The notes beneath the pieces are model-generated. The model worked only from the letters and a program-made list of their open reading frames with translations. It was not told the origin of the DNA and did no database searches. From Bugula neritina (Eukaryota > Animalia > Bryozoa), in the NCBI GenBank assembly GCA_964035545.1, contig OZ037773.1:6291751-6355750 (forward strand): a DNA stretch of 64,000 bases. Direction: 5' to 3'. This document shows, in pieces, positions 13,795-27,100 of this stretch. Both the position numbers and the translations under genes were made by a program. Position 1 is the stretch's first letter; each line of letters begins with the position of its first letter.

Positions 13795-14589
13795 TTTATC
13801 TTGGTTTCTGTAATGTTTTTAATTGTTAATAAAAGTATTTGTGTAGCAAGTCTTATTTTAAAGACAATATGATACTTTTATGTATGAGTTTTATTTATAT
13901 GTTATTCTGGTTTTTTTTAGGATTCTGAATACTTTTTTATTAATAGTTTTTGGTATTATTTGATTGATTGTGTTTTTTGTAACATTTTTTTGAAAATATA
14001 TCATTTATAAATCATCATTTGTGTGTGTTAATATAAGCATACCTTTTTAAAGCCTAAATAGTGTTCATTAGCAGTTGGATGCAATTAATTTTGTGTAGGT
14101 CTAAACAGATTATTTATGTGAAAAAAATTACGACCTACAGACTATAAGCATACAATTACCACTCACCAAAGCAATACAATTAATTATTGTTTCCAGCATA
14201 GATAATGATTGTGCACATGTGCTTATAGCGCGGTTAGCACTTTTAAAGGTGAAACTATGGTTAGTCGAGGGCTATCGCTGTCCAATTAGAGAACAGAAAT
14301 GGCCTGACTTTACGACGTTGTTCTAGCCATGTTGATGTTGACACGGAAAGGACAAGGCCCTAAGATTCAATAGGCGGTTGTAGAGACTTTCGCATTGATA
14401 GATACTAATAAAGAACTGATAGAAATCAGTATACTTAGAGTTAGTAGAAACTAATAACCATGACATAAAATTACATGGAATAGACACTCACGCTTTTATT
14501 GGTCTTGTTCAATAGAACAGTAAGTGTAACTCTAACACTAATTTATAACAACAACTACAACTACAAGTGACGTTAAGTTTAACTAATTT

Positions 14590-15020
14590 AAGTTATAGTT
14601 AAACTTAATGTTCTACTATTGCTATTACTATTAGTATCAGTAATACTAATAAGTAATAGCAATACTATTACTATTAGTATTAGCTTTAGTATTACTAATA
14701 CAAATAGTAATAGTATTGTTACTATTAGTATTAGTATTACTATTACTCTATTACTATAGTATTAGTATTAGTATGACTAGTAATAGTTATAACTTATATG
14801 ACTATGTATAATTATATTCAATTTAATTGCAAGTCTCATAGTCATACTGACGGTGATACTCATACTGATACTTATACTCATACTCATACGGTATTATTAA
14901 ATATTACCTATTACTAATACTAATAGTATTACACTAATACTAATAGTAATGGTTATAGTAATAGTAATAGTAAGGCAGTAATAGTAATTAGTACTAACAG
15001 TAATACTAAGTATAATTTTA
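14590..15020. repeat. Low-complexity (TAA/TAC/TAG)n-like microsatellite region
   Basis: Runs of tactat/tagtaa/tattag in both orientations. Confidence 0.7.
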
Positions 15021-16179
15021 AGTTCCTGAACTATTCAGTAATTCATTCACACTGCACGTCTAAGGAAGTGTTTGTTTAACTTCAAGTTGCTGTTGATAAG
15101 CCATTATCATAATCATAATGATCATGTTTAAGACATAGTCGCATTGTTAACAACTGTAAGTCAAACTCAAGGTAAAAGCTTAATTAACAGTGGCACTAGC
15201 AAACAGTACGACCCCAAGTCTCTTACCAACTTAGTTTTACTAAGTAATTACCTCTTGCACTAAACAGTTACAATCAGTGTACAGCAATCCTTATAGTCAC
15301 AATTATATTGAAGATTATTTTCTAATGAATTAGTCTTAGGGTCAGTAATACTCAGATTGAGATTCAACTTTTAAAATTATAAGATCATCATAATTAGTAA
15401 TTGCCTTTTGGTTTTTCACTGTTTAGTTCCATGAGAATGTTTGTTTAAATTCTGGTTTAGTTAATTACAGACTTATGAATATTTTAAAAGTGATTTGTCA
15501 CCCTATTTATTATTATTTTAGTAGTTGTGATCATATTGAGTATTTTTCATCATTATTGCTGTTTACACCTGCATATTGTGTATGACACTGACTTACCATC
15601 AATATAACTGTTGCTGTTGATGTTATAGTTATCATAACCTAAATATTGTCATAATTATGTGGAATTTTTAACAGTTTGTTGAAATTAAAATTCTTGGTTG
15701 AATAAATACACCATCGCCATTACTATGGGTAACATTAGCAGATATTATGGGATAGAAACAATGATGAGTGTTAATTTAGGTCAACTTTATAATGTACTTG
15801 ATGATAGTTTGGGATGGACAATTGGACTTCTATTGCTGATTGACTTGCTAGCCAAGAAGACTTTCTAGTATTTTCATGATGCTACATCTAGTCTATAATT
15901 TTTGAAGTTCTAATTTGAAAAATACTTTTACTTGCAAATTGAAAATGAAACTTGGAACCAGGCCTTTATAGATACATTCTACAGAATTACAAATGCTACT
16001 TTTTGCATTTTTGCAGCACTGAAATATTGGTAAAATTAGTAGAGCTGAGCTGAAATGCTAGAATTCTGTCTACCATTTTAGAAGATTTTGTGCTGCCTTG
16101 TCTTGTTCAAAGGTTGCTTTATGTTTTGATTTTCTGCAATCTAGATTTTGATGTATTTGTCTAATGATGTGTTAAAAAG

Positions 16180-16393
16180 GAGCAGCTGTAGTGTAGGGGT
16201 TAGAGCATATGCCTAGTAAGCACGAAGTTATGGGTTCCAGTCCGACAAAGGCCATTGGTGATGTTAGGAAGAGCATCCAGTCATAATTGCTCCTGTGCCT
16301 CATCTGAATAAGCCCTAAGCCCGATTTAACAAAAAACCCTTTCCATCAGCATTTTCTCACAGGGATGGTGACTATAAACTTGTGAGAGTTTTT
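16180..16393 (+). mobile_element. tRNA-derived SINE, near full length
   Basis: tRNA-like head (A-box-like tagtgtaggggttagagc; B-box-like gggttccagtcc), core ggccattggtgatgttaggaagagcatccagtcataattgctcc and tail gggatggtgactataaacttgtgagagttttt, shared with 18696-18845 and 53550-53735. Confidence 0.75.
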
Positions 16394-18196
16394 GTTTAAT
16401 AATGTGTTAAAACTGAAGCTAATGGGTGTATTTGAAGGCTGTAATTGGTTTGCCATCTATTGGTTAGCCATGGCACAGGGTCTTTGGTAGTAGATCTGCA
16501 TATTCTATAATATGATTTAATAGTTGACGTAATCATCTATTTAAATGCTTCATGAACTTGTCTTGTAACGTGAGTGAATGACTCAAGTTAACTTATTATC
16601 CTGTTGTGTTTATTATTAAATATCATCAAATATTATCGTCATTATTGTTTGTATTATATATGATTGTACTCTTGCCAAAAGCACACTAATTTCTCTCAAA
16701 TAATGCTTGATATACCACACTAATCTGAGATTTTTTCATCTAGAAAACTGCCTGTGGATGCATCATTGTAAACTATAAGGAATATTGTCAATGTATTGCA
16801 TATTGCTAGATAAGATTTTATAAGTTATGTTATGCTCCTCTGTTTGAAACATTTTGGCATCGATGGTTTGCATTTAATCCAAACTCAAAAATTTTAAACA
16901 GTTAAAGTTTTTCCAATTAATCTTTTAGTTGAAATTTGATTCCAAATCAATTTTTCTGGACTTGTAAAGGTTTAAATCCACTCTATGCAAACTCTCCTCA
17001 AAACTGTTGATTTGTATTTTATTTTAATTATATTTTTATGCTTAAAATACTTTTTAATGTTTAACTGGAAGTGACTTGCTTCTACTAACAAGTTCTCCAT
17101 GCATGGCTAATACCTACATACACAGTTGAGTTGTTACATTTCATTAACTCGAATTCTCAGCTTAGCATCTGTTCTCTATTCACATATCTGACTGTTAAAC
17201 ACGTTCCACAATGCCTTGCATTTATTCTTTTGTCATCATCACAATGGACACAGTTGCTAGTCGTGTAGTCAACTCAATTTGGCTGCTCAAGCTTAAAAAT
17301 TAATTAGAGAACCACTAGTAGTGCTAGTGGTTAGTGTATACTTGCAGCTAATGAACTCAATTATTGTAATTATTTGATTTTGAAAGCAAATTGAAATTAC
17401 ATAATGTCCTTCCTACAATGAAGGGTGACTCAATAAGTTGTAGCCTTTCAACACATGCAGCCTGATAAAGGGCCAGGTATTTTTTATTCTAATCACTATT
17501 GTGCTGTTCTAAAATGTAAGTTAAACCTGAAACCCTTGTTGAATCATGGAAAAGAAATTTATGAAGGAATGAAAAAGACAGTCTTTTTGTTCATCCATAT
17601 GATTAGATGTACAGATTAGATGTAGTTTACATGCACTACTTAAATTCTTTGTAATCATACAGTATATTATCTACAGATGTACAGTATATCTACAGTATAA
17701 ATCTACAAATATACAGTATATCCGTAGATATATAATATATCAATATATCTACAATTATATAGTATATCTACATCTGTTTCCTTATTAGTTTCAATGGTTT
17801 TTTACATAAGTATTTTGTAATTTTATATGGCGTCAAGCCTCAACAAAACATCAGATACCTTCTTCACTTGTGAAATGAGAGAGTTACTGGTATAAATGCA
17901 TGTTTTGTAGTTGTTTTGCTTCTTTGTAACTAAACAGGTAGTCTAGTTTTTAATATTTATTATAGAATGATTATGTATAACCTTTGCTATCTCAACTGCA
18001 TGCTAGAGTAGGAGGATATTGGAGTGGAGTTATGTACCCTTTTTAGGAATCTCTTGCCAAGTTTTAGTGTGCGACTATTAATAACTCATTAAGTATTATG
18101 TTATGACTCCACCCACCTCTGGTATCTTATTGTTTTACCAAATTCCACCAAGTCTGGACATAATATTGTATTTATTCTAGATTGCAAGCTGCCAAC

Positions 18197-21100
18197 ATGT
18201 TGAAGAAAGCAAAATCTTTCAAGGAAAAGTTTAAAAAAGGCGCTCTAAACAAAGCCTCCACCTCTTCTTCGACCTTGAGGGCCACGTTGGCCAGAAATCT
18301 CTCCATATCAGGTCGGGACAAGAAACGCAACAGCAATGAATCTGGTGACAAGAAAGCCCCGCAACCCGTCAGACCTACTACACTAGGAGACGAGAAGACT
18401 CAACTGGTACCGGAGGTTGTCCACCCGGTAAGTTAGCGTGAATATGATAGTCAGTCCTTAAAGGTGGTGTACAGCTACAAGAACGTACCTCTGTGTTGAG
18501 TTTCCCTCAGGAAATAAGTTCAAGGTTCCAGCAATATAGCTTGGAGTCAACCTGAAATCTACCTTCTCAGACTACATTATTCACATCTGTTGGCTTTCTG
18601 TCTGGTAACTGGTGGGTTGATTTAAGGTTACTCCAACTTTTTTAGCTTGGCCAGTAAACTGAACACGAATGGATGTAGGATATAGGTTAGAGAGAGCAGC
18701 AGTGGGTTTGGGGTGAGCCGTTAGAGTGTTGGCTTAGTAAGCACGAAGTCATGGGTTGGAACCCCAGTAAAGGCCATTAGTGGTGTTAGGAAGAGCATCC
18801 AATCATAATTAGGGATGGCGACTATAAACTTGTGGGAGGTTTTTAGGATACAAGTTAGCCTGTTGGGCTTGAATCTTTTTGACCAGTTTCTGCATCTCTA
18901 AGGTTAGTGTGTCGGGTGGTAGGTTAATATCATACTGTAGACAAAATACTGCATGCAACCTTCTTATAGTGTCGTAGTCAGATGTTTAATAGATTCAGTT
19001 CTGTAATAATAATCAAAAAGTGTTTGGTAACGTAGACTTTTCAGGTGAAACTTAAGGCTATTTACCCAGTTCAATGCTCTTACATCAGCACACTGTATAT
19101 ATATATAGACTATCGGGAAGGTTATCCCTCCAGAATACATACGCCTAACTCAATAAAGTCATTCTATTAGTCCAGCTACATGATTTACTCCGTGGGACAG
19201 ATTTTCACTCTTCGGTTCGAATGATCAGATTGTAAAATTAATGTACGCCAACTAATTACACACTGATGCCAGGGGACGAGAGTGATTTAATCTACCAGAT
19301 AGCGTGAAATTAATAATTAGCTCTCTCACTTGGTACTAAGTGTGTAGCTGGTCACACCCTTCTCTCTGGCAAATTAGATTAATAGGCAGTTTAGATGCAA
19401 GTTGGCTCAATCAGTATAGAGTGTCTAAGATCACACAGGCAAGTATTTTACACTCTTCCCCACAGTGGCTGTGTAACTGTCATCGGTTGGTGTATGTCAG
19501 ACTTTTGATGGATACTGGAGGATTTTATGCTATTCTGCTAAGTGACATGCGTTAGCACACAGATGAAACACAGTTTCCTAATATCTGCACCAAGCAAGAT
19601 TCATTAGCTTCGAATAGATTTTTCATCCGATGTTCTGAAATAGTTGCAGAATTAAACCACAACCTTGATTTCATGCAAACCACAACCACAAATTTATCCA
19701 TACAAGGATCCATTCACATAATGCAAGCAATGGAAATGCAGTGATTAGAGATAAAGCCACTAGGTTCCCAAGAAGTTGCATAATAGGGTTATTAGTGAGA
19801 GGGCAGTGACCCTTAGGGCAGCAGAGCTTGATCAGGTCAAAGTTGGCAGCAGTATACCTTAGTTTGGTGCAGTAGCAGAGAAATTCTAATAGCCAAAGTT
19901 TTTTAATTCTTAAACTCATGGATCCATTAAATTCGGCCACTCTGTCCCTATACACACATACATAAGCCACAAAACGGGTCTAAGCTCTTCTAGTGACCTA
20001 TGGAATTTTGTGAGAAATGGAACCGTGAGATATAATAGCCAAAGTCCTTTAATTTTCAGAGAAAACAGCTTCTCTTTCATCTAGAACACAGACTGTTCCC
20101 AATCTCTCCACCACTACTGTCCCAACCTCCTAAGCTGGTAGGATGTGTTGTGGTATCGGCTACTTTCTCTCCGAGTTTGGTTTTCCGTGATACGTTAAGC
20201 TGTCCAGTTTGGGACTCGCATTTTTTTCTTCACTACTGCCTCTGTGTACAAACAGTCCTGTGGTTGATAGCCTGCATTTCCTGTGAGTTCTTTACACTTG
20301 TCAGCTCAAGAGGTCTCACCTACAATGTCATGCAGGTTGGATTGCAGAATCCCATAAATATTTATGTCTCTAATTATACTTTGAGAGTTTCTCCCACCAG
20401 TCCGTGTGCTCTTCACAAGTAATAACACGCAATGTTAATGCAACCACCTATGTAGTGTCTTTTCTGTAACTCTATTAATTTACCAAATTGAAAATTAAGG
20501 ATAGGAAAGACAACTTCTTTTACTTCTTTGTCCAAACTAGTATGAAAGTTTACAAACAAATTGAGCAAGTTTTATATCGAGTGACAAAGAAGGTTGGGTG
20601 ATAGGAGTTGATGCTAAGGCTAGGCTGAAGCTAATGCAGAGTTCTAAGGCTTGGTGTTATCTAATCTAGTAACAGAGTAGATAGAGTTCAATCAAAGAAG
20701 GTGATAGCGCTGTAACATTGTTAGTAGCATACTACAAGTTAAACAGGCAATATTATGTTACTTAGTACTTTTCTATGATGTGTGACACGCACAGGGCGGT
20801 GCCTGGATATGTAACATAACTGGTGTCACATTGCCTTACCACAGGAAATACTATTAGCTATGGTCACCCAGCTGGTGGCATTCACTGACTGTGAAATATT
20901 CACTCAGTTAGATTTCAGAGCAACATTCCAACGTCTGATAGTGTAGTGCTCAGTGTATACTAGAGTGTAACAGTGATGTGGTAATTTGATACTCTGATAT
21001 GATATTACAACTTCAAGTGTCCAATACTCTGTTGATAAGGTAACACTTTAGCAGCGATTGTAAGCGCTGTCTGTCACTAGCCATGTAATGCTGATTAAAT

Positions 21101-24100
21101 TAATTACAGCAGCAGTTGCCCAAGGCATTAAGATGGTCCATACAGTGGCAGTGGCTTGAATCGCTTACTTCTTAATACAGTTGTACTTTGTACCAGACCT
21201 GAATTCATTTGAATTAGTTTATAGAGTGGTGGTGACAGACAACTCCTGTATTCTCCAAATAGTTGTAGAATGTTGTAGCGGCTAGTCCGAAGTGCAAATT
21301 ATAATATCGTAGATTATTATAACTTATATAAATTAGAATGGAGAAAAGTTTAAAGGCATTTGTTTGGACTATATTTGGTTTTATACAAGGCGTGATATTT
21401 AGCTTGTTTGCAACTTACCGCAGTGTGGTACATGACCCTCAACCTCTTCAGAGATCTATCGTAATCTGGAGAGGTCTTTTAGTAAATATGTTGTCAATCA
21501 AAGCAGTGACTTATGAAGCTCAGTGCTTTCGGTTTCAATTTTTTGTTGTTGGCCACAGAATCAATTATTCGTAGCAGTTTTATATTCATGGTCCTTTTCT
21601 TTGGGTTTGACTGTGCCTTACATCAGGAATTGGGCAATTTATGAAAGGAAAGATAACTCCAGACTCTGTTGCTCTCTGTTATAGAATGTACAGAAAGTTC
21701 AGAATGAGAAGAGGAAAGTTCAGCAAGCTCTCAAGTACATCAACTTTGCCATAGACAGGTGTAATATGGTTCTGCTGCCTGGGTCAGCAACTGTAGCCTT
21801 GGAAACCACGTTCGAGCTAATCACCCTCATCACAGACCTCCTGTCTGCCGAAGAACCCAGGTATGTAAGGTACACAGGCTATTGTGAAGTAAGTGTACTA
21901 GTGTAAGTGTATTGAGCTATTTGCGGGTAGATTTATGAGATGTCGTTCCCTGAGGTTCATGTTGACCTTTTCACATTGACATTATATAAAGTGCTCCCTC
22001 TATATCTTACGGTTCCATTTCTCAAAAATTCCATAAGTCACGAAAAGGGTTTGGACCTCCGTTTTGTGGCTTATGTATGTGTGTATAGAAACAAAATGGC
22101 TGAATTTAGCGGATCATTGAGCTAAATCTATTACTCTACTATGTCATGGATTAAGGTTTCGGGACCCGCAGCTTAGTGAGATATGGAGAGAGAACAGTAC
22201 TTGATTATTACACAAACTTAGCTTGTCACAAAAGTATATACCTGGTAATTTAGTCGTTTGTAGTGGTTATCCTCCCTTTGATTGCAGTGCCGACCTCACC
22301 TACCATCTCACCTGTACATACAATGCCCTCGCTGAGTTGATAGAATGGTCGGATCAGGTGATGCTTATGGACTCTAAATCACAGATAGATGTGCTCAATG
22401 CTAAGTAAGTGCTATATGCATTATAGTAAATATATGTACAATATACTAAGTAAGTGCTATATGTGTATTTTCGCTGAAATTCTAGCTTATGCCTTTCTAC
22501 AACCTGTTCTATCTTTCTCAGCCTTATAATGGTGCTTCCACATTGTATGAAACACACCGTAGGTTGAAAATTATGCGCCTTTAAACATGCAATGCTGTAC
22601 ACACAAGTAGGCTTGTTACATGATATATAGTTAGATCCAGGGAAGGGTTGTATATAAGGGATAATTAGGTATCTACAACGCAGCATGTGTTTTGTGTTGA
22701 TGTGATCTACTCTACACTATCTCCGATCTCCTGGTGATTTTATTTACTTATAGTTTACTACAAGCTTGTTATCAGTCTATTAGTTATGGTTATGCCAGCA
22801 CAAAGTAATACCTCTAACCTTTACGCCATATTTGTACACTTAGTCCTGGAGATTTGACATTTGTTAAGGGCTTTCTGCATTTCCTATTAGCCTTCCATGA
22901 ATCATGTAATCTCTCTTCCTCTATTTATTCTCTCTTTGTTTTCTAGTTCAACCTAAGCCTAGCAAATAAGGCATTTTGTAAAATGTTAAAACAGCAACAC
23001 TAAAATGCTAACTAAGATTAACCACGCACTAAATTCTTTAATTTTTCTTTTCTCATCTTTTAAAGTGGAATAACCAAAAATATGAAGGAGATAACTCCAA
23101 AATCATTTTGTTGACCGTAGCACTTATAGAAGTCTGTTATATTTACAGGAGAGTTATCAAGGGTATAGAAAGCTCGGTAGATGAGCTCACCGACTACACG
23201 TGTGATATAGCTAAGCATCTGAAAGTGCAGACAACTCCAACCTACAGCACCATGACTCTACCCAGTAAGGCAAGGCAGCGGAGGGCAGCTAATAGTGAGG
23301 ACAGGTGGGTAGTCAGTACTTTGACTATTAGTTTCACTGTTGGTACTTTGACTATTAGTTTTACTGTTAGTACTTTGACTATTAGTTTCACTGTTGGTAC
23401 TTTGACTATTAGTTTCACTGTTAGTACTTTGACTATTAGTTTTACTCTTAGTACTTTGACTGTTTAGGACTCGATATATCAGCGCTGTGACTGGACACTC
23501 ATTCTTGCTTTTTTAATTTGCTGCCTGACTTTTGTTTTGTCGTGTAAAGTTTTCAGGCCTTATAATTCTTATTGCTGACATTACCTGACCCATTGACTTG
23601 GCTGATTCTATTTATAGAGCACACTGATACTATTTATAGAGCACACTGATTTTATTTATAGAGCACACTGATACTATTTGTAGAGCACACTGATTCTATT
23701 TATAGAGCACACTGATACTATTTGTAGAGCACACTGATTCTATTTGTAGAGCTAAACGAAACTCAATGCCTGAAGTGCCCCTAACGCCCAGAGAGAAGAC
23801 AATTCTAAGAGAAACTAGCCTCGGTGCCTTTGATAACCCTTTAGCCTTAGAGAAGGGGGACTCTCCGCTCTCCCCTTCACAACCTGTTCAGTTTGTGTCA
23901 ACAGAAGATTCACCTCCTCCTAAACCCTATCTCCCTCCTGGTTTTAACTTGCTGAAGACTTTGTGAGTTGTTATACTATATTATGTACTATATTCTACTA
24001 TATTATACTTATACTATATTACACTATACTATACTATATTATACTATACTATACTATACTATATTATACTATATACTTATTACCAGTTATTAGCTGTTCA

Positions 24101-27100
24101 ACTATATACCTATTACTAACAGTTATTACTTGTTACTGATTACTAGCTTAATATGCTACTAACTACTAACTAGAAGTAATTATAAGTTCTCTAGTCTAGA
24201 CTATTAGATATTGGACTCTCTCTCTAACTGCCATTATTAGTAAATACAGCTAAAGGTGTTACTTTCACTATCATTATTACAGGTACTCTACCAAGGTAGG
24301 GTGACTCCCAATCTCTCATGTATTGTACATTATAAAAGATGGTGAATGGCATATGTTCCCTCCGTGGTGTTTGAAAAGAAGCATTTATAATTGATTTTAG
24401 ATCCCGATCTTCATCGGTCGAGACGCCCCCTGAACTTCCTGTCAAAAAGTCTCTAATGTCAAGGTCAGAGATTATGAACAGCTCGGTGGACAGCTTAGAC
24501 GGCGGCCATTACTCACCGATAACCGACAGCAGCAGCAGTTCGCGACCGCACTCGGCCTTCTTTGCTAATGTAGATAGTTACAACAACATTGTAAATAGAC
24601 ACAACGTGATGTACGTACGTTCTGACAGAAGTGGCGGCTCAGGGGGACAACTTTTTAGTTCACACGACTCCTTAGACGGCCCCGTGGGCAAGAGATCCAG
24701 CATCATATCCAGCTCGTCTGCCTCCAGTGCCAGCTACTCGGCTCAACTTAGGCTCATGTCAGACGGTGGGCGTGTCTTTCTGACTCATGCAGAGGATTTG
24801 TCTCCCATCCAGCCAATCAGTGGACTCACGTCTGCCGGCTCCGTCAGGTAAAGACCGAGTTTTGAGGAGTTAGACTCCGTGTGACAGGAAGAGTGTCCAG
24901 CTGAAACATTATCAGCATGAGTTTAGACTAGTGTTTGACCAACTTTTACAAAGTTTGTCAGAGTGATTATTTGTGCAGTTATTAGTCACCGCTTATTTAT
25001 TATCCAATCAAACACCTTAATTCTAAAATATTTCCACTGTGATGGAGTCATGGTTTTGCTTATAAACTTTGTTATGATTTAAAAGCCTGTTATGAAGGTT
25101 TACTGCATTGTACTTGTGTGTTTATTGTATATTTATTTCTTGTGTTTATAGTGGACATAATCTAGACACCTCAGATCTCTCCAATCAAATTGATCAGCTG
25201 AAGATGGGTTTTATGAAGGGCTCAGCGTCTCACCACTCTAAACCTAGGTGTAGACTGAGTTCTGACTATGACAATGTCAGTGTGGGCTGTAAGTGAGACT
25301 CCCTCTACTGTGATCTGCTGCTATATTAATCTTTTCCAATTCCTAACTGATATATTAGGAAAATTTTCTATGTTACACTGTTTTATGTGGACAGTCATAG
25401 CTTAGTGTACTGAGCTTTTATTGGCTATGTTTTACCTGACCTACCAATCACATCGTGTTGATGATCAGTCACATTTTGTATATTGCTATAATAGACATGC
25501 ACCTCTCTTGTACACCCCTGGCAGTCGAGGGGGGGGGGGAGAAGGGAGGGTTGGGTTGTACATATATTTAAGCCATTATTTATTATAGTTGTGGCAGACA
25601 TTGTAAGGAATGTTAAGGTATTACTGTAATATATTGTAACCTGTTATGTAATTCATTTGCCATTAATAGCATATGACAGTCCCACACCACCTGCGGCTAA
25701 TGTCATGAGCACTTCTGAAGTATGGCAGACAGAAAGTGGCAGGTCCTTTATGCACAGAAGTTTTGATGGTCTGACAACTACCAATCACTGGCACCAAAAG
25801 CAGGTACTTGACATGTAGTCATCATAATAGCTGTATAAGTATACCGGATATTTATGAGTTGCCTCCTCGTCTAATGGTGAGCTCGACTATTGCAGTCATT
25901 CCCGGTTATACATATAGTTGATTGCTTCATTTGGGGTTTGACTTCAGATAATGAAAGCTTAACTAAGTAACTAAAACAGAAATAATATTTCAATAAATTC
26001 CGAATTAAGCTTTGTAAGTTGACTTGAAAATGTGGGACACAGGTGTGCACAACTCATGTGACACTGCTGTGCCCTGCCAATACAGGTGATAGTTTTGCTG
26101 TATGATATTTAAACAACTAAAATCAGAACTTTGTTTCTATTGGATGAAATGTTGTGTGTTTAGTGGTTAAGTTAGGTTACTGTTATTTTGAATACCACCT
26201 AACAATCAGTTGAGTAATAGTTCAACTAAAGAAATATTTCCCGCTGCTGCATTTTATTTTAATTAAATTGATAAATTTTATTGATTAGATAAAATCTCAG
26301 AGTTGTTTTATCTTAGTGTCTTTCGAGAATTACTTTCTCTAAGTATTTGCTTCTATCACTAATGTGTTAGACATAGGTTGTACCACAGTTGAGGGGGAGA
26401 TAACTTGAACCAGTGTAATTAATTTCATTATGTATACCTACTGATACTCTCTAATTTTCTCACTCACAATGTTAATACTTGTCTTTAAGAAAAGAGCCAT
26501 GAAATGCAGGTCATGTTACGAGGTAAAGATGTTAACATCTTAATATTGTGTTGTACCCCTATCCCTCTCCTCCGTACACTCCTGTACACTCCCTTACACC
26601 CCTGTGCAGCTGTCAAACTGGTAGACGTGCTACGCTAAGTACATGTGTAGCTGCGTTGTATATGTTTGTCTGGTCAAAGTTGAGTGTGTACTGTGTAGTG
26701 GTTGTAGAATGACTGTGTCATTGTTTTCATGGTGTGTGTACACTCTCAACTCTCATCTCACCTTGTGACACTGGTCATCATGTGACAGCATGTGACATTG
26801 GTCATCATGTGACGGCATGTGACACTGTGTCATCACGTGGCAGCTTTTTACAGCATGCTCTAGGTGTTGTATAATTTGTTGGTCTTACATAGTGGCAGTT
26901 GGGCTGCGGCTTGTGGTGTTTTGTTATTAACCAATCACTGAGCTTTGTTGCCTCATCAACTCCTCTTCATACCACAGTATCAAGTTGTAATACATTTTTA
27001 CTAGACATTATAGTATATTATCGTAATAGCATAACATATTATTATTCTAATAATATTGTAGTATTCTGCAATAGTATGATGTATTATAATATTTGGTGAT

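Noticed and set aside
16180-16260. tRNA gene
   Set aside because: Degenerate cloverleaf continuing into a repeated SINE body; this is a SINE head, not a functional tRNA.
20150-20422. Possible LINE reverse-transcriptase remnant (QLNVSRKTK on the minus strand) and a 90-aa plus-strand ORF
   Set aside because: The match is too short and no other RT motifs are visible.
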